A stretch of DNA of 63,728 bases, counting the filler, from Rhabdomonas costata (lineage: Eukaryota): assembly GCA_019059605.1 (NCBI GenBank). It is 41 parts of 41 records of this genome, joined end to end, with 100 filler letters (N's around TTAATTAATTAA, not from the genome) between each part and the next. Parts side by side here need not be neighbours in the genome. Positions count along the whole stretch, not along the records: positions 60,717 to 62,172 come from JAHMHO010015496.1; positions 62,273 to 63,728 come from JAHMHO010015497.1; 39 more parts are not named here. One strand, written 5' to 3'. Below the pieces are notes generated by a model. That model was not told the origin of the DNA and searched no databases. It saw only the letters and a list, made by a program, of their open reading frames with translations. The translations under genes were made by a program, and so were the position numbers. Below, in pieces: positions 61,332 through 63,728 of this stretch (positions are counted from its first letter, which is position 1; each line of letters opens with the position of its first letter).

Positions 61332-63728
61332 GTAAAGGCACCGTAAATGCCGGGCTTAATAGAGAAGGAAAGGAATGCAATGTAATCGACGTGTTTGTGA
61401 GTGAGTGCGTGAGAGTCAGTGAGAGTAGAATCCTGGAATGGGAAATTGGAATAGGTGGGGAATGGGAATGGTAGCGAAATCTTAGGACAAATCCCGTTAG
61501 AAAGCAATGAGAATCAATCAGTTAACAGCTGTGTTTTTGTGAAACCTGCTGAAAAGCCAAAAACTGCGTGCATGAGCAGCTGTGGCTTCACCCTTTTGGC
61601 GAAATGCCGATGTGCCATGCTAACAGAAGTTGGATTGTCAGCCTGTCCGTTATCTGCAACGTTCTCTTTAACTTAGCTGGGAGCATGGGAACGAAAGCGG
61701 AGTATGGGCGTTCAGAACCCGAAGAAGCAAACCACAGGAACAGCCCAGGACCCAGCCCAGGACAGTAATTTTGTCATAAACCCTGACAAACTTTCAGTGC
61801 ATTTTGCGATTTGCCTTCCAGCCGTATTCTGTGCCTGAAACGTGTTTGAAAACATGTCCGCCCCGCATCCTCCAACACCGGGCGTCCCAGGACCCGCTGG
61901 GCAACACCACCCATTGTCAGAGAATAGTTCCAGTTTTTAGTCATCGGTTATAGCGTTAGGGTCCGATCTGTCTCTCGTCCTCCCTTTCCGGTCCTTGCCA
62001 GGCTATTGCGGTCCTTACGGGGCCCGTAACCATCATTTGTTTTTTTGCTTCCGACCGCCTTGTGAATTATTTTCATTGCGCCTGTTTCCTTCGGAGTAGA
62101 ATCCCTCTCTTAGATTCGGCCCTTTTTGTCCCCGTCCTCTTGATTTCTAAAAACACTTGCACACATGGCGCCNNNNNNNNNNNNNNNNNNNNNNNNNNNN
62201 NNNNNNNNNNNNNNNNTTAATTAATTAANNNNNNNNNNNNNNNNNNNNNNNNNNNNNNNNNNNNNNNNNNNNGGGTTTTGGTGTATTTTTTTGTTCCAGT
62301 GCACCGAAGTTGTGAAGATTGAGACAGCATCAGTACGGCGCCGCGGCAGGCCAGGATCTGTGTGTAGTCTTTAGTGTTGTTTTGTCCACCAGTAACTTAG
62401 TTGATAATTGATTGAGTCGGCATAAAATCACAAAGATCATGCAAATGCAGCTGATCTGTATCCATTACCATTTTGTCATGTAGAGCAGCAGCAGCTAAGG
62501 ACATGACGGAGATGTTTCCGGGAGGGTAAGAGTGCCTACTTGACACCAATTTTAAAGATCACGCACATGTGGACGCTTTGTTGATGAAAACCATAATTGA
62601 CAAGACAATACAACGCACATGAATAAGCAAAACACCAGGCAGTGGTTTTAAGTGAGATGTCAGCGCACCATATTACAAGTAACGAAGAAGCACACGTCGG
62701 AACGCCCACACAATACAACAGGAATGGATGCGCCTCACCTCTACTCCATTCCGCACGATGCAGCGCGCCATTCGGTGCCCACGATATTAACAAAGCACCC
62801 CACCATCTGGTCCATAGCAAATCTGGTAATTCACTCACCGGAGTCCCAAGGTGGCACTGTGATCGCCATCGAATCTACGGCGCGACGATTATTGTAAAAC
62901 TACAATCGTCATCGATTAGCACGCGATTTGAACGACACACTATACAAAAAGTACAATAACGATCACTACATCCAATCAATAACAGATCTTGTTTCCATCT
63001 CAAGGCTACACTGTCTCACAAGACTTCAAAGTTACCCCCAACGCCTATACCCACTTCATAGGTTAACCGCCGGGCTGAGATTCCGATCGCATTAAAACAG
63101 GCACCCCGTAGGAGCTTCTCTCCTCTTGGGGGAGTTGAAAATGCTCACAAAACGGCGTACTCGTTCGTTTAAATGTCACAGCTACCGAAAGCGGAGTCAG
63201 TTTTAACATGCATGCACTACGTCACAAAGTCCTTCATCTTAAGATACGTATATCGCACACATTACCACGCTTCGTTCACCTCCATCCCATTTGTGCCATT
63301 ATTTCAGAGCTTTTGTAAACAAAAGATTCTCTTCCAATCATTCTCATGCACAAACTCTTGAGAAACTTTCCATCACCAAACCTCGACTGCTATTTTTTCA
63401 ACATATCATTGCTTTTGGCTCATCCAAATAATTGCTGTTGTGCTGTGTTCTTTTGCAATCCAGTACCTCCTCGATAATCTCTTCCTGTGAAGACAAAACT
63501 CTCACCTTTTCTTTGCTTTTCGCTATCTTATTGGCAATATATCAAAAACATCTCGCTCGCTCACACAGATCAATATGTTGTTTTAATTTTAAATGAATCT
63601 ACCCATTTTATTACCTCTATGGGAGAAACATTGACACGTTCACCTGCTCACACGTTCGCAACCCACATGCACAGATTGCAGAGCGAAGTTCTGTTATCTG
63701 TGCTTGCGCGTGAGCACTCCAAAACAAC

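Noticed and set aside
63410-63500. IIEEVLDCKR..NYL chromodomain-like text on the minus strand
   Set aside because: Lacks the following VKW/W motifs and is interrupted by stops; too weak.

Overview
This window is not one locus. It is 41 unrelated contigs of about 1.45 kb, joined by 40 artificial 100-nt spacers (N44-TTAATTAATTAA-N44). Most contigs start with G/T-only and end with A/C-only tracts, and several end in fold-back inversions, consistent with whole-genome-amplified (probably single-cell) DNA. The DNA is eukaryotic with GT-AG introns; a euglenozoan-like protist is a guess. Recognisable gene pieces are MsrB, COG6, an LPCAT/LPEAT-type acyltransferase, a HisKA sensor kinase, an HIR/SPFH protein, mitochondrial EF-G, SRP receptor alpha, a USP deubiquitinase, a ZIP transporter, an RRM protein, TSP1-, Cys- and LRR-repeat surface proteins and a dead Ty3/gypsy RT. 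The best-supported surprise is a selenoprotein MsrB with an in-frame UGA at the catalytic site and a type II SECIS in its 3' UTR. Other leads are a contig of heavily degenerate, convergent cox1/cox2-like sequence, a contig of shuffled hairpin cassettes separating tiny hydrophobic coding-like pieces, consecutive COG6 exons on opposite strands, and a stop-riddled CTAG-rich pseudogene. All homology calls are by eye; no database searches were run.
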